In this document: positions 26,160 through 38,011 of the stretch, piece by piece | How the letters are laid out: each line of letters begins with the position of its first letter | Numbering within the stretch: the stretch's first letter is position 1 | Origin: Octopus sinensis | Lineage: Eukaryota | Assembly (NCBI RefSeq): GCF_006345805.1 | Contig: NC_043000.1 | Coordinates: 72,106,001-72,170,000 of the forward strand | Direction: 5' to 3' | Length of the DNA: 64,000 bases | Notes under the pieces: generated by a model | Told to the model about the DNA's origin: nothing | Seen by the model: the letters and a program-made list of their open reading frames with translations, nothing else | Databases searched by the model: none | Position numbers and translations under genes: made by a program

Positions 26160-29100
26160 TGTTACACATTCATATCTATGTGTATACGTGCATCCCCACT
26201 CTTGGCACTATTTTGTTAGTGAATAGTACAAACTGTGTGTAAAGTATATAATGTATTACTACGCTGAAGTTGAGTCCGTGTAACATGAACAGTAAATAAA
26301 CACGTAACAATAACAATGGTCTTCATCTGGTTGTCTATCCCATTAGAACACAAACTACACATAACATGGTGGCAGCGGTAAATAATTAAACGGAAACTGT
26401 GCCTTTACAACAAATCAGAAACGCAACGAACCAGGAAAGTAACAAACAAAACATCGCTTCGTCTTCGGACAACATACACGACGATCCAAGATGGCGCCCC
26501 CCGTCGCCGTACAGATGAATCTACATCCGATTATGGATTGGGGCTCCGATGATATTTTGGAAGCATTTAAAAAGTTTAAACAGAAAACTCAACTAGCTTT
26601 CAAAAGTTTCCTGAAAGGCACAACTGACGATGAGAAGGTAAGCTATATCCTTTTATGGTCAGGTAATAAAGGAATAGACCTATTCAATAGCTGGGATATG
26701 TCAGAATCGGACTGCAATAACCCAGACACACTTCTTGAGAAATTTGAAAGGCACCTAGAGCCCAGGTCGAACCATAGAATTCACAGATACGAATTCCAGG
26801 GCCTGAAACAAGACCCACAAGAAACAATTGACAATTTCCAGTCAAGACTGAAAAATGTTGCAGAGAAATGCAAATTCAAAGACAGGGAGGAGAGAATTGT
26901 AGACCAATTAATATGGGGGTGTGCCCACAAAGAAGTACAAAAATCACTAATTGGTAAGGACGCTCTCCAGTTGGTAGAAGCAGTAGACACTGCAAGAGCA
27001 TTCGAAGCCACTACCAAACAAATGGCCTCATTTAGCTTACAAACAAGCTCACTAGATAGCAGTGTAGATACTGTATCTAGGCACAGGACACTTACCCACA
27101 AACAAAGAACATACCAGTACTGTGGTACAGAGCATGAATTTAATAACCGAAAAAAATGTCCTGCATTCGGTACACACTGCAAAGCATGTGGAAAACTTAA
27201 CCACTGGGAAAAAATGTGTAGGTTAACAAAATCCCAGAAATACAAGCCCCAATTTTCAAAGAGGAGCAGAAATAGAAGAGATATACATGCACAACAACAG
27301 GAAAAAAACACCTCAGAGGAGGAATTCTTGGCAGTCGGCATAATAAATGTGTATGAGATGGGAAAGGACGACCGGAAGAAAGAAGATGAGGCATACACGA
27401 CAATAAGAATTCAAAAGAAGGCCGGAAGGAAAAGAACAAACATAGACTTAAGGCTGAAGATAGACACTGGGGCCCAGAGTGATATCTTGCCTGTCAGATT
27501 ATACAAGAAGATGTTCCCAGAAAATATGACAGAAGAGGATAGGGTCAGGAAAGGAATCCTCACACCAAGTGATGTGGTCCTCACTGCGTACGGAGGAACC
27601 AGGATTCCACAACTGGGTAAAACAACTATCACAGGGACACACAAAGGAAAAATAATTAAGTGTTCTTTTTATGTCACAAGAACAGAAGGCCCAGCAATTC
27701 TTGGACTCGATACCTGCAGGAGGTTAAATATTGTGTCGGTCAATGCTGAAGTGAAAGCAGCTCCAAGCAGGATTGACAGTGATATGCCTATCAAAGACCG
27801 ACCACCAATCACAAACAAACAGGAAATGGAAGGACTAAGCAGAAAGGTCCACCACATTGTAAATGTGACAACCAATAAGCTAGTTGAAATCAAAGAGGAG
27901 ACCAGCAAAGATGAAGAACTTCAGCTCCTTACACAGATGGTGATTCAGGGGTGGCCAGAAAAGAGACATCAGGTACAGCCCCTAATTCGTGAATATTGGG
28001 CCATCCATAATGATATATCAGTGGAGGATGGAAACCTGATGGCTGGATCCCGAATAATTATACCCAAGTCAATGCAAGAAGAGATTCTTGACAAGATCCA
28101 CCAAGGGCATCTCGGAATGGAAAAATGCAAGCTCCGAGCCAAGTCAGCAGTATATTGGGTAGGCATGTATAAAGACATGGAAAAGACAGTTTCTACAAGC
28201 CACATCTGTCAAAAGTACAGAAACTCACAACAAAAGGAAGAAATGATATCTAGTGACATCCCAAGAAGGCCATGGCAAACTATTGGAGTAGATCTGTTCA
28301 CAGAGGGCCAAGAATGGTATTTGATAATGGCCTGCTACTACTCCAAATTTCCATTTGTGAGAAAAGTGAAAGACCTGACAGCCAAAACAATCACCACAGT
28401 AGCTCGAGGACTTCTAGCAGAGCAAGGAATACCAGAGCAGATCATATGTGACAATGGAACCCAGTTCACATCACAAGAATTTAAAAAGCTAACCGATGAG
28501 TATGGGTTCAATATTACAACTTCATCTCCACACTATCCCAAAGGCCATGGGTTTATAGAAAGACAGGTGCAGACAGTGAAGAGAACACTAGTCAAATGTC
28601 GAGAGACTAAGGAAGACCCACACCTGGCACTTCTGTCCCTACGAGCGACACCACTGAGAGCTGATATGAAATCCCCAGCAGAATTGCTGAATGGCAGGAA
28701 GTACAAAACTACCCTGCCAACTAAGATCCAACCTCCTATTGACCAGGAAGAGACAAGGGAAAAGCTAGCAGCCACTCAAGAACAATCACAGAGCTATTAC
28801 AACAAACATGCACAATATTTACCTGAGATACTTGGAGGACAACATGTGCATACTCAAGATCCCATAACTAAAACATGGATCCCAGCACAGGTTGTCAGTA
28901 GAGCTGAAACTCCAAGATCATATATAATAGAAACGGAATCTGGTAGGCAGCTGAGACGCAACAGGGCCCACATCCGCCCAACACCAGAACTGTTGAGGAC
29001 AACGTGTACAACACCTGCTGCATTAGTGACAACACCCACAGAATCATCACCCCAACGTGCACAAACCACCTATCAGCAGCCCAACAACACACCTCAGACA

Positions 29101-29559
29101 TCGGTGCGAAGCACAAGATCCACCAGATGGAGAAAGAACATTCTGCCACCGGTTCGATACCGTTAAAGAAAAAAAAAGAAAATGAAAAGAGAAGTATCTA
29201 ATTCAGCTAGACTTTAAAGCAGAGGCAGAATAATCTCACGACTTCTGCTGTAGGATTGCCACCTCAGGCTGACAATCCATAGAGCAACGGAGACTACTCA
29301 TAATTGTCTTCACTGCCAAAAGACCCCTCTTTTTTTTCAAGAAGAAGGGATGTTACACATTCATATCTATGTGTATACGTGCATCCCCATTCTTGGCACT
29401 ATTTTGTTAGTGAATAGTACAAACTGTGTGTAAAGTATATAATGTATTACTACGCTGAATGTCGAGTCCGTGTATCATGAAAAGTCAATAAACACGTAAA
29501 CAATAACAATCGTTTTCAATTGGTTGTCTATCCCATTAGAACCCAAACTACACATAACA
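26160..29559 (+). mobile_element. Gypsy/Ty3-type LTR retroelement lacking RT/RNase H (3.4 kb)
   Basis: LTRs TG...CA at 26160-26366 and 29351-29559, 5-bp TSD GCAGC on both sides, PBS TGGTGGCAGCGGT at 26367-26379 (complementary to a tRNA-Leu 3' end), PPT AAGAAGAAGGGA before the 3' LTR. Confidence 0.95.
26491..29166 (+). CDS. Gag-protease-integrase fusion polyprotein (891 aa)
   Basis: Gag with CKACGKLNHWEKMC knuckle, protease LKIDTGAQ, integrase Zn region (H...HLG...ICQ) and DDE core (GVDLF, CDNGTQF, GFIERQVQTVK). No RT YxDD region or RNase H motifs between protease and integrase. Confidence 0.9.
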   Translation: MAPPVAVQMNLHPIMDWGSDDILEAFKKFKQKTQLAFKSFLKGTTDDEKVSYILLWSGNKGIDLFNSWDMSESDCNNPDTLLEKFERHLEPRSNHRIHRYEFQGLKQDPQETIDNFQSRLKNVAEKCKFKDREERIVDQLIWGCAHKEVQKSLIGKDALQLVEAVDTARAFEATTKQMASFSLQTSSLDSSVDTVSRHRTLTHKQRTYQYCGTEHEFNNRKKCPAFGTHCKACGKLNHWEKMCRLTKSQKYKPQFSKRSRNRRDIHAQQQEKNTSEEEFLAVGIINVYEMGKDDRKKEDEAYTTIRIQKKAGRKRTNIDLRLKIDTGAQSDILPVRLYKKMFPENMTEEDRVRKGILTPSDVVLTAYGGTRIPQLGKTTITGTHKGKIIKCSFYVTRTEGPAILGLDTCRRLNIVSVNAEVKAAPSRIDSDMPIKDRPPITNKQEMEGLSRKVHHIVNVTTNKLVEIKEETSKDEELQLLTQMVIQGWPEKRHQVQPLIREYWAIHNDISVEDGNLMAGSRIIIPKSMQEEILDKIHQGHLGMEKCKLRAKSAVYWVGMYKDMEKTVSTSHICQKYRNSQQKEEMISSDIPRRPWQTIGVDLFTEGQEWYLIMACYYSKFPFVRKVKDLTAKTITTVARGLLAEQGIPEQIICDNGTQFTSQEFKKLTDEYGFNITTSSPHYPKGHGFIERQVQTVKRTLVKCRETKEDPHLALLSLRATPLRADMKSPAELLNGRKYKTTLPTKIQPPIDQEETREKLAATQEQSQSYYNKHAQYLPEILGGQHVHTQDPITKTWIPAQVVSRAETPRSYIIETESGRQLRRNRAHIRPTPELLRTTCTTPAALVTTPTESSPQRAQTTYQQPNNTPQTSVRSTRSTRWRKNILPPVRYR

Positions 29560-29740
29560 GCAGCCAAATCTCTCTTCTATAAGAGAGGTAATATTTATCA
29601 CCATTTAAACGTGGATGATCAGTCAGAGCAAATTATACCGCGGTAGTTACCATGAGAAAGCCTCGCATTGGCTTTTGATGCAGAATACATTCTTTTTTAA
29701 ATAAACAAAAATACAACAGCAAACAAAACAAAAACAACAA

Positions 29741-29909
29741 AAAAGATATATGTACGTGCACACATATTTATGTATATTAGGTCATCCCATAAGCAACGTC
29801 CGAATTTTGAGTAAGGAAAAAACTGATCTAATTTTACATTTTATCGAAATTTAATCCTGTATATAATTTCTATCATTATTGAGGACTTCTTTCCATCTAC
29901 TCATCCGGT
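29741..29909. repeat. 169-bp perfect inverted copy of 33095-33263 (mariner right end plus flank)
   Basis: Base-by-base reverse-complement match, including about 36 bp outside the mariner TIR. Confidence 0.9.
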
Positions 29910-29989
29910 TTTTAATTCCACTGGTGAAAGCTCTTTTGGTCTTTATGGTATCTACCGCAGTCTACTCAGCTGGCAAAAATTAGTGGTAC

Positions 29990-30160
29990 CTGTATTTCAA
30001 GGGACCAGCCTTGTCACATTCTGTGTCATGTTGAGAACTACGTTAAGGGTACACGTGTTTGCGGAGTGCTAAGCCACTTGCATGTTAATTTCACGAGCAG
30101 GCTTTTCCGTTGATCGGATCAACTGGAACCCTTGTCGTCGTAACCGATGGAGTACCAGTT
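29990..30160 (+). mobile_element. SINE-like dispersed repeat fragment
   Basis: GGGACCAGCCTTGTCACATTCTGTGTCA...GATCGGATCAACTGGAACCCT resembles a common cephalopod repeat (from recall, not checked). Confidence 0.4.
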
Positions 30161-30596
30161 TTTCTATCTACCCCAGAATACTTTGTTCTAACAGAATATT
30201 TACGTCTAAGTGGGGATAAATATTACCTCTGGGTATTAATACTGCCTCTGTCACTATAAGAGTTTTGAGTACAGATAGTACCTTCATTATCATAAGCAAC
30301 TCGGGCGCACTCGGTAACCACAGAAGTATGTTTGTATATATACATTTATAAGTGTGCGCGTGTGGTGTTTTCAGTGTGTTGCGTATGTATACTTGCGCGT
30401 CAGTTTGTATGTATGTATGTATGTATGTATGTATGTATGTATGTATGTATGTATGTATGTATGTATGTATGTATGTATGTATGTATGTATGCATGCATGC
30501 ATGTAAGCTTTTCATTGGGGTATGTTCTCGTAATTCAAGTTAGTCATAATATAGAGACAAGGGTTCTTTGTTCGAATCAAAACTGTTCGAGAGATG

Positions 30597-30683
<87 letters not shown>

Positions 30684-31164
30684 CTCCCGCCCCCTCTCTC
30701 TCTCTATATATATATATGAGTTAATGCGTGTATGTAAGCATTTATATATGTATGTACTTAATTGTGTGTGTTGTATATAAAAGAACATGAACAAGAATGG
30801 AGAAAAAATATATACACATACATAGACACACACGTACAATCGGAGAGAGAAGTGCAAGTCACATGTATACATACTAAGGTGTGCATCATTTTGTAACATA
30901 TGAGTGTATGTGTGATTATGCGTGCGTGTGCATACAATGTTTATGCATGAGATTATATGCAAATGTTCATTGTAGGAATGTCAAAGGACGAAGTTTGGAA
31001 TGCTTTAAAATTACTCACCCCACCACTACTCGTGTGGATTTAGTGAATGCTAGACAGTTTATTTATTCTTTCTTGTTTGTTTAATGTAAATCTGTTGTTA
31101 GATAGCCCTATGCAACAATTGAGAATCCATAGCCAGTATGTCCCGTTTTAACTGACCATAGGTG

Positions 31165-31204
<40 letters not shown>

Positions 31205-31244
31205 TCACTCATTCATTGTTTTCTTCTTTTATTCCTCCCTCCCT

Positions 31245-31353
<109 letters not shown>

Positions 31354-31421
31354 TCTTTCCTTGTCTGTCTGTTTGTTTGTTTGTTTCTTTCTGCTTCTTT
31401 CTTTGATGGTGGTAATAATGT

Positions 31422-31466
<45 letters not shown>

Positions 31467-32143
31467 TGGCGAGGGCTGTTTATTGACATGTTTTTGCAGT
31501 ATCTCTTACTTTTAATGCTGTGAATACAGTCTTGTTGTGGTGTGCCGTTTTGTATCATCGTTAGGACAACCATTGTTGACGATCTTTGCTGTCTATGTGT
31601 CTCCTCTGTATTCAATCATTTAAATTCTTCCTCCAAAGAAGGTGCTGGTTTCTAGCAAAGATGCAAAACTCCATTGCTGGAATGTAGATAACGAAAACAA
31701 TGTCACATTTTAGACCTGAAAAATGTCTTGCGTAGTTTTACTGTTTTGCTTACAGTTTGTATCTGTAACGTGTGAATCAGTTGGTTGATTTCTTTTCCTG
31801 AATATCCAAGCTTATCCAGACTGATAGTTAGGCGTTTACTCACAAAATCAAGTGCTCCAATTACTATTAGCATAGATATAAATTTGTAATCTGGGTATAG
31901 AATCTAGAGGTTTCGAAGCAGTTGTCCATAATTATGTATGTATGTATGTATGTATGTATGTATGTATGTATGTATGTATGTATGTATGTATGTATGTATG
32001 TATGTATGCATGCATGTATGTATGCATGCATGTATGCATGTATGTGTGTTTCTGTATATGTATGCATGAAAATATGTATTTACCACTCTGTTTCTCTATC
32101 TCTCTTTCGTTATGTATTATAGGTATGTATATGCGTGTATGTA

Positions 32144-33227
32144 TAAGGTCATCTCATAAACAATCTCCGAAATATCTAATATATAATTTATATCAAATTT
32201 TTACAGTATTCTATAATGTCAAGTGGTATTAATTGATACTCATATAAATTTGGAAACCTTTAACGTTACATATTTCTTTTTACAGAACAATTTGACTGAA
32301 TTAATCACTAATATGAACCCTTCAAAGATGGATATATCAAAGGAACATTTAAAGTACATAATGCTTAATTAGTTCAAAAAGGGAAACAGTGCAGCAGAAG
32401 CAACCCGAAATATTCATGCTGTTTATGGGGAAGAGTGCTTGAACGAAAGAAGTTGCAGAAGATGGCTTGCAAGGTTGCCATCTTCAACAGCCTGGAACGT
32501 TGCCTAAACTCGGAAAATGTGTTCTCCTTGATTTGACAGGAGCCAATCGAAATCACTAGTGGATATCTGTTCATCTCTTCACTCTTGTGAAGGTATCTCA
32601 CCATTTTTGGACAGATTAGTGACTGGTGATGAAAAATGGACATTTTATGAAAATGTTAAGCGATGTGGAGAACAGGCTAAACCACAACCCAAAAAGACCT
32701 CCATGTAAAAAATGGTTCATTCTGTTTGTGGGGAATTGCATTAGAGTCATCCACTTTGAGCTGCTACCAACTAATGTAACAATTACTGCTTATTATCAAC
32801 AGTTGGAATATTTGGATGCTGCTTTGAAGAAAAAAAGACTTCGGCGGATCATAAGGGAGTAGTATTTCATCATAATAATGCAAGGCACCACACTGCAAAG
32901 ATTGCATCGGTAAAAAAAATCGAAGAACTTGGCTAGGAAAAAATCCATCCGCGTTATTCTCCGAACTTCGTTCCTTCTTGATTATCATTTGTTTCGAATT
33001 TTACAGAATCATTTAGATGGATTAGTACTCAAAAGCACCAAAGAAGTCGAAACTAATTTCTCTTACCTCTTCTCATAAAAACCAAAATTAATTCACCGGA
33101 TGAGTAGATGGAAAGAAGTCCTCAATAATGATAGAAATTATATACAGGATTAAATTTCGATAAAATGTAAAATTAGATCAGTTTTTTCCTTACTCAAAAT
33201 TCGGACGTTGCTTATGGGATGACCTAA
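32144..33227 (+). mobile_element. Mariner DNA transposon remnant (internally deleted)
   Basis: Imperfect TIRs TAAGGTCATCTCATAAACAA and TTGCTTATGGGATGACCTAA flanked by TA. Transposase pieces MDISKEH...GNSAAEATRNI, LVTGDEKW, HNNARHH, YSPN...DYHLFR. Confidence 0.85.
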
Positions 33228-33274
33228 TATACATAAATATGTGTGCACGTACATATATCTTTTAGCTTTTATTT

Positions 33275-33455
33275 TTTCAGCCATTGGAATGCGGCCATGC
33301 TAGAACACCGCATTGAAGTATTAAGCCAAACAAGTCGACCTCAGAACTTATTTTATTGAAGCTTGGTATTTATTCCATCGCCCTCTTTTCCGAACAGCTA
33401 AATTACGGGGACATAAACAAACCGAAACCGATTGTCAAGCGGTGGTAGAGGCCAA
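33275..33455 (-). mobile_element. SINE 3' fragment
   Basis: TTCAGCCATTGGAATGCGGCCATGCT...GATTGTCAAGCGGTGG is homologous to the SINE tail. Confidence 0.65.
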
Positions 33456-33462
33456 TCACGCA

Positions 33463-33528
<66 letters not shown>

Positions 33529-33735
33529 CACACACAAGCATGTAAGTATGTATGTGTGTATATATATATATAATATAAGGGATATTAGCCAACTGAATAT
33601 GGCTAGGGACAGGGCAGGGTGGTGGGGGTGTCACTGTTGCATTTAGCCCCAGGCGAACATCAACGTCACCAGATAGGCCGACGCCATCACGGCGTCCTCT
33701 ATCTTGCAAAGGGAGATCATTCACCAAGAAGCGGA

Positions 33736-33789
33736 TACCACACACGGACCTAGGTTTCAAGGTGTATTGCCTATTATCAACGTGTGGTA
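33736..33789 (-). ncRNA. Hammerhead-like motif, U3-A8 variant (left arm)
   Basis: Exact reverse complement of 33931-33984. Confidence 0.65.
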
Positions 33790-33930
33790 GGCATCGCCTC
33801 TCGATGAACGACCAACCATGCAAGATATATATAAAGATTTTCAAGTAAATACATTTACTGATTTCGAAAATCTGTTCGACAGCAATAATATATATCTTGC
33901 ATGGTTGGTCGTTCATCGAGAGGCGATGCC

Positions 33931-33984
33931 TACCACACGTTGATAATAGGCAATACACCTTGAAACCTAGGTCCGTGTGTGGTA
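33931..33984 (+). ncRNA. Hammerhead-like motif, U3-A8 variant (right arm)
   Basis: TAC-CACACG-TTGATAA-TAGG-CAATACA-CCTT-GAAA-C-CTAG-GTC-CGTGTG-TG-GTA. Bulged stem I, palindrome ACCTAGGT, GUC triplet. Confidence 0.65.
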
Positions 33985-34202
33985 TCCGCTTCTTGGTGAA
34001 TGATCTCCCTTTGCAAGATAGAGGACGCCGTGATGGTGTCGGCCTATCTGGTGACGTTGATGTTCGCCTGGGGCTAAATGCAACAGTGACACCCCCACCA
34101 CCCTGCCCTGTCCCTAGCCATATTCAGTTGGCTAAATCCCTTATATTATGGAGCAGTCATGTCTATATCTCATTTAGAGAATTATTATGCTATATATATA
34201 TA

Positions 34203-34239
<37 letters not shown>

Positions 34240-34330
34240 TATATAAAAACAAAGTGGAGTTGTATGGTACCGCACGAGTGGAATTATATATGAAAGAAGG
34301 TTTGAAAATGCAATTTTAAAAGATGTTTAT

Positions 34331-34375
34331 TTACTTTACCGGTTTCACTTTTTAGAAAAAGATTGTCAAAAGTAA
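34331..34375 (-). ncRNA. Hammerhead-like motif, U3-A8 variant, downstream of the minus-strand Penelope element
   Basis: Minus strand: TTACTT-TTGACAA-TCTTTT-TCTA-AAAAGT-GAAA-C-CG-GTA-AAGTAA. Perfect 6-bp stem I, palindrome ACCGGT. Confidence 0.65.
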
Positions 34376-34380
34376 CATGT

Positions 34381-34690
34381 AAAAGCTTGGTTGTGTTAGT
34401 AACTGGTTGTCACAAAATACTACAATACATATATATATTCTTTGATAACAAGAACATGTTAAGAACAGTTTACAAGGGAAAATCTTGGGAAAATATAAAA
34501 ACGTTTAACAAGTTCATCAAAATATTGGGCACAAAAGCTTGGTTGTGCCAGGTACTGGTTGTCACAAAATATTACAATATACATATACATTCCTTGATAA
34601 TAAGAACATATTAAGAACAGCTTACAAGGGAAAATCTTGAGAAAATATAAAATAGTTTAACAAGTTCATTAAAATATTGGGCACAAAAGA
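34381..34690. repeat. Two diverged tandem copies of a ~155-bp unit
   Basis: AAAAGCTTGGTTGTG...AAAATATTGGGCACAAAAG is repeated. Confidence 0.75.
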
Positions 34691-35375
34691 TTACAACATA
34701 TATATACATTCTCAAGAAAATGTTAAAGATAGTTTCCAGAAGGAATTATTAAAAAGTTCAGTGGAATATTGGTATTATATCTGTATATATATACACACAC
34801 AGAATATTATAAGTTCAAAAAAGTTTACAGCTTAAACTGACCTGGTTCACCATGTTATTGTAAAAGACTATTTTTAATTTCAAGGGACAGTGTAGGTGTG
34901 TTTGGGTGGGGGAAGGAAGAGTAATGTGGAACTGAAAAGAAGTTTTTTGTCTCTCCTTCAAGCATCAATGATTTGGGGGATTGGTCTTTAGATGTCAGAA
35001 TGGTGCGAGTGTGTGTGTCTGTGTGTGTGTATATACATATACATGTATTTGTGTTTGTGTACGTGGGCCGTTTTTGATTGGTCCCAGGGTCCATTGTGGT
35101 GTAAATAGATGTGTCTGTGTGTGATTTTAAAAATTTGGTAGCAAGGTGTGTGTATATGTGTGCCCGTTTGTATGTGTGTGGTTAGTGTTTGTTAGACTAT
35201 TGCGTGTGTGCTAGTGTGTGTATATGTGTTTGACGTATGTGTGTCCATGTGTGTTGGGTTTATCTGGGTGGCGTGTGTGTGTGTATATATGCGTTTTTGT
35301 GTGTTGGTATTTAGTATGTGTTTGTGTGTGTGTGTGAATGTGTGGGTATGGTTCATGTAGTTCTGTAGTTTCCGG

Positions 35376-35413
<38 letters not shown>

Positions 35414-35699
35414 TTTTGTTTGTGTGAATGTGATTTGTAATTTCGGGGTGGTGTGTGTAGGTGTGTGAATGTCCGTGTTCACATGTGTATATATGTGTGA
35501 AAGTGTTGGTTATGGATGCTAAAATCTTATTGCAAGTGTATATGTATATGTGCTTTTTTCCTGGGATGTGTGAGGGTTTGTGTTCTAGTGTGAGGATATT
35601 GTGTTTGTGCAAGTGTATTTGCGTCGGGGGTTAGCATTGTTTTTTTGTGTGTGTGATTTTGTATATCTGTATGTGTTTCAGTATGTGTTTGTTTTGGAT

Positions 35700-36930
35700 G
35701 TGTGCCTGGGAGGGGGGTATGTTAGAGTATGTTTAGTTGTGGTCTGTAGTTTTGAATAAGATTATTTTCCCTATTTATTCGTGTTTGGTCTGTGGTGTTA
35801 TTCGGGTATAGTGGGGAAACTAAGAATTTGGGGTACTTATTGTGTGCACAGAGGTCTAAGTGTCCACTAAGTGGTATCTGTCTTGCCGTGGGGTCCATCA
35901 GTTGTTGGCGGTGAACTGTCATCCTTTCTCTGAGGGTAAGGCTCGTTTGCCCTATGTAGTCTTTGTGGCACCCTTCACACCTTTTGACATAGAGTAAATC
36001 TTTTGATGCGCAGGTGAAATTAATTTTTATGACAAAAGTGTGTCCCGACTGGAATGTGTACGCTGATCCTTCAATGAGGTGGATACAAGTCCTGCAGTTG
36101 GAACGACCACATTTTTTTACGGTGGGCGGTGGGTTTGTGTTGTGTAATTTTGCATTGGTGAGTAGGTTTTTTAGGGATTTGGGTTGTCTTTTACTTTTTA
36201 TTATTTTATGGGCTGCGAGTAATTTATTTTAAACGTGGGTCTTGATTTAGTTGTGGAATGTTGTTGTATATAACTGTGTAAGCTTCTGCATTTCTTACAT
36301 TGTGTATTGAGAGATAGGGGAGACTATTTACTGTACTGTGGGTGTGTTTTGGTTTTCGTAAGTCTTGTGTGTTAATTGATTTGGCCCGTTTTATTTCGTG
36401 TCCACTAGTGATGCTGGGTAATGTCTTTCGAGGAGAATTGCCCTTAGTTCTCGGAGTCTTTTAGCTGTGTCATTTGAGACAATTGTGCAGATTCTTCTCG
36501 CTAGTTTGAAGGGGATATTTGTCTTTGTGTGCTTTGGGTGATTGGAGGTGAATAGAAGGTATTGTTTAGAATCAGTGGGTTTGTAATAGATGTCAGTTTC
36601 AATGTTGATGCCTTTTTTTAATGATTAGAATGTCAAGAAAAGGGAGTTGGTCCTGACTATATTCCATTGTGAATTGGATGTGGTTGTTTACACTGTTGAT
36701 AAGGTTTTTGAAGTCAATAAGTTGGTCGAGTGTATGGGATCATAGGATGAGGCAATCATCTAAGTAGCGTTTCCAATTCTCCCACAGGTATTTGTGGCAA
36801 GACTGGCCGTGCTTATATTTGGATTTTTCATAAATATGTGATTCCAGGTAGACCATCACCAGGTTTGCAACTTTCGTACCCATTGCAGTTCCTGAAACCT
36901 CTCTGTAAGTGTTATTATTAAAATTCATAA
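35700..36930 (-). mobile_element. Penelope-like element, RT C-terminal half plus GIY-YIG, degraded
   Basis: GTAMGTKVANLVMVYLE, WKRYLDD, TDIYYKPTDSKQYL, NHPKHTK, CEGCHKDYIGQT...ERMTVHR. Truncated at 36930 where an R4-like element begins. Confidence 0.85.
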
Positions 36931-37895
36931 AGTTTTTTTGCAGAATAAATTTGAGGCCCTCAAATTAAAAGTGAACGAAGCCGTATATCCAACACAATTT
37001 AAGAAAGATCAGAGAGAGCAGATGAAGAAAAGTTGGCAGGTCATTAAAATGCACAGTCAGTTCTTGAAGAATAAAGATGAAATTGATTGGAATAGAACCT
37101 GGCAATGGCTGCAGAAAGGAGTCTTAAAAGGGACTACAGAGGCATGAGTGTGCAGCGTTCAGTAACAATCTCTCAGAACAAACTACTCTAAATATCACAT
37201 TGATAAAATCATTGACTTACCACAGTGTAGGATGTGCTTCGAGAAGGGCGAAAGTATAAGCCATATTGTTAGTGAGTGCTGTAAGCTCGCACAACGCGAA
37301 TATAAAAGGAGACACGACAATGTGGCCAGATATGTCCACTGGCTCTTGTACAGTAAAGCAAACCCCAAGAGAGACGAACAGTGGTATGAACACAAACCAG
37401 AGGGTGTAATGGAAAACGAACATTACAAAATACTCTAGGATTTTAACATGCAGTGCGACCAAGTCACAGAGGTGAGACGACCAGATATCATGCTCATCCA
37501 TAATGATGAAAAAAAAGGTAAAGATAATAAATGTTGCAATACCAGGTGATTCGAGGGTGAAATGTAAGGAAACAGAAAAGATTGAGAAATAGCAGCCACT
37601 GCGAGACGAGATAGGAAAGTTATGGGGCATGAGGAAAGTAATGGTGATACCGGTGGTAATAGGAGCATTAGGAACAGTATCCAAGAGCTTTGAAAAACAT
37701 ATTAAGAATATTGGAGCTGCTGCCATGCTCAAGGTGATCCCGAAGACAGCATTGTTGGGTACAGCTCGCATTCTAACGAGAATATTGTCTCTTTGAGTCA
37801 CAGGAGAAGGCACTACTTGAAACCTATGGTGATTTGTTGCTACTTGTTTCCAAGTAAAGAATAACCGGTAATTAAGAACTACCCGAAAGTCTTTC

Positions 37896-37956
<61 letters not shown>

Positions 37957-37964
37957 TAATAATG

Positions 37965-38010
<46 letters not shown>
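36930..38010 (+). mobile_element. R4/Dong-like (RLE) LINE 3' fragment ending in (TAA)n
   Basis: CRMCFEKGESISHIVSEC, RRHDNVA, RRPDIMLI, IPVVIGALG match a CCHC finger plus restriction-like endonuclease. (TAA)n at about 37896-38010. Confidence 0.85.

Positions 38011-38011
<1 letters not shown>

Larger units (their letters stand above)
33571..34148. repeat. 578-bp palindrome (arms 33571-33832 and 33888-34148) with a hammerhead motif in each arm
   Basis: The arms differ by one substitution and one 1-bp indel. The 55-bp spacer contains its own mini hairpin (AGATTTTC/GAAAATCT, AGTAAAT/ATTTACT). Confidence 0.9.
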
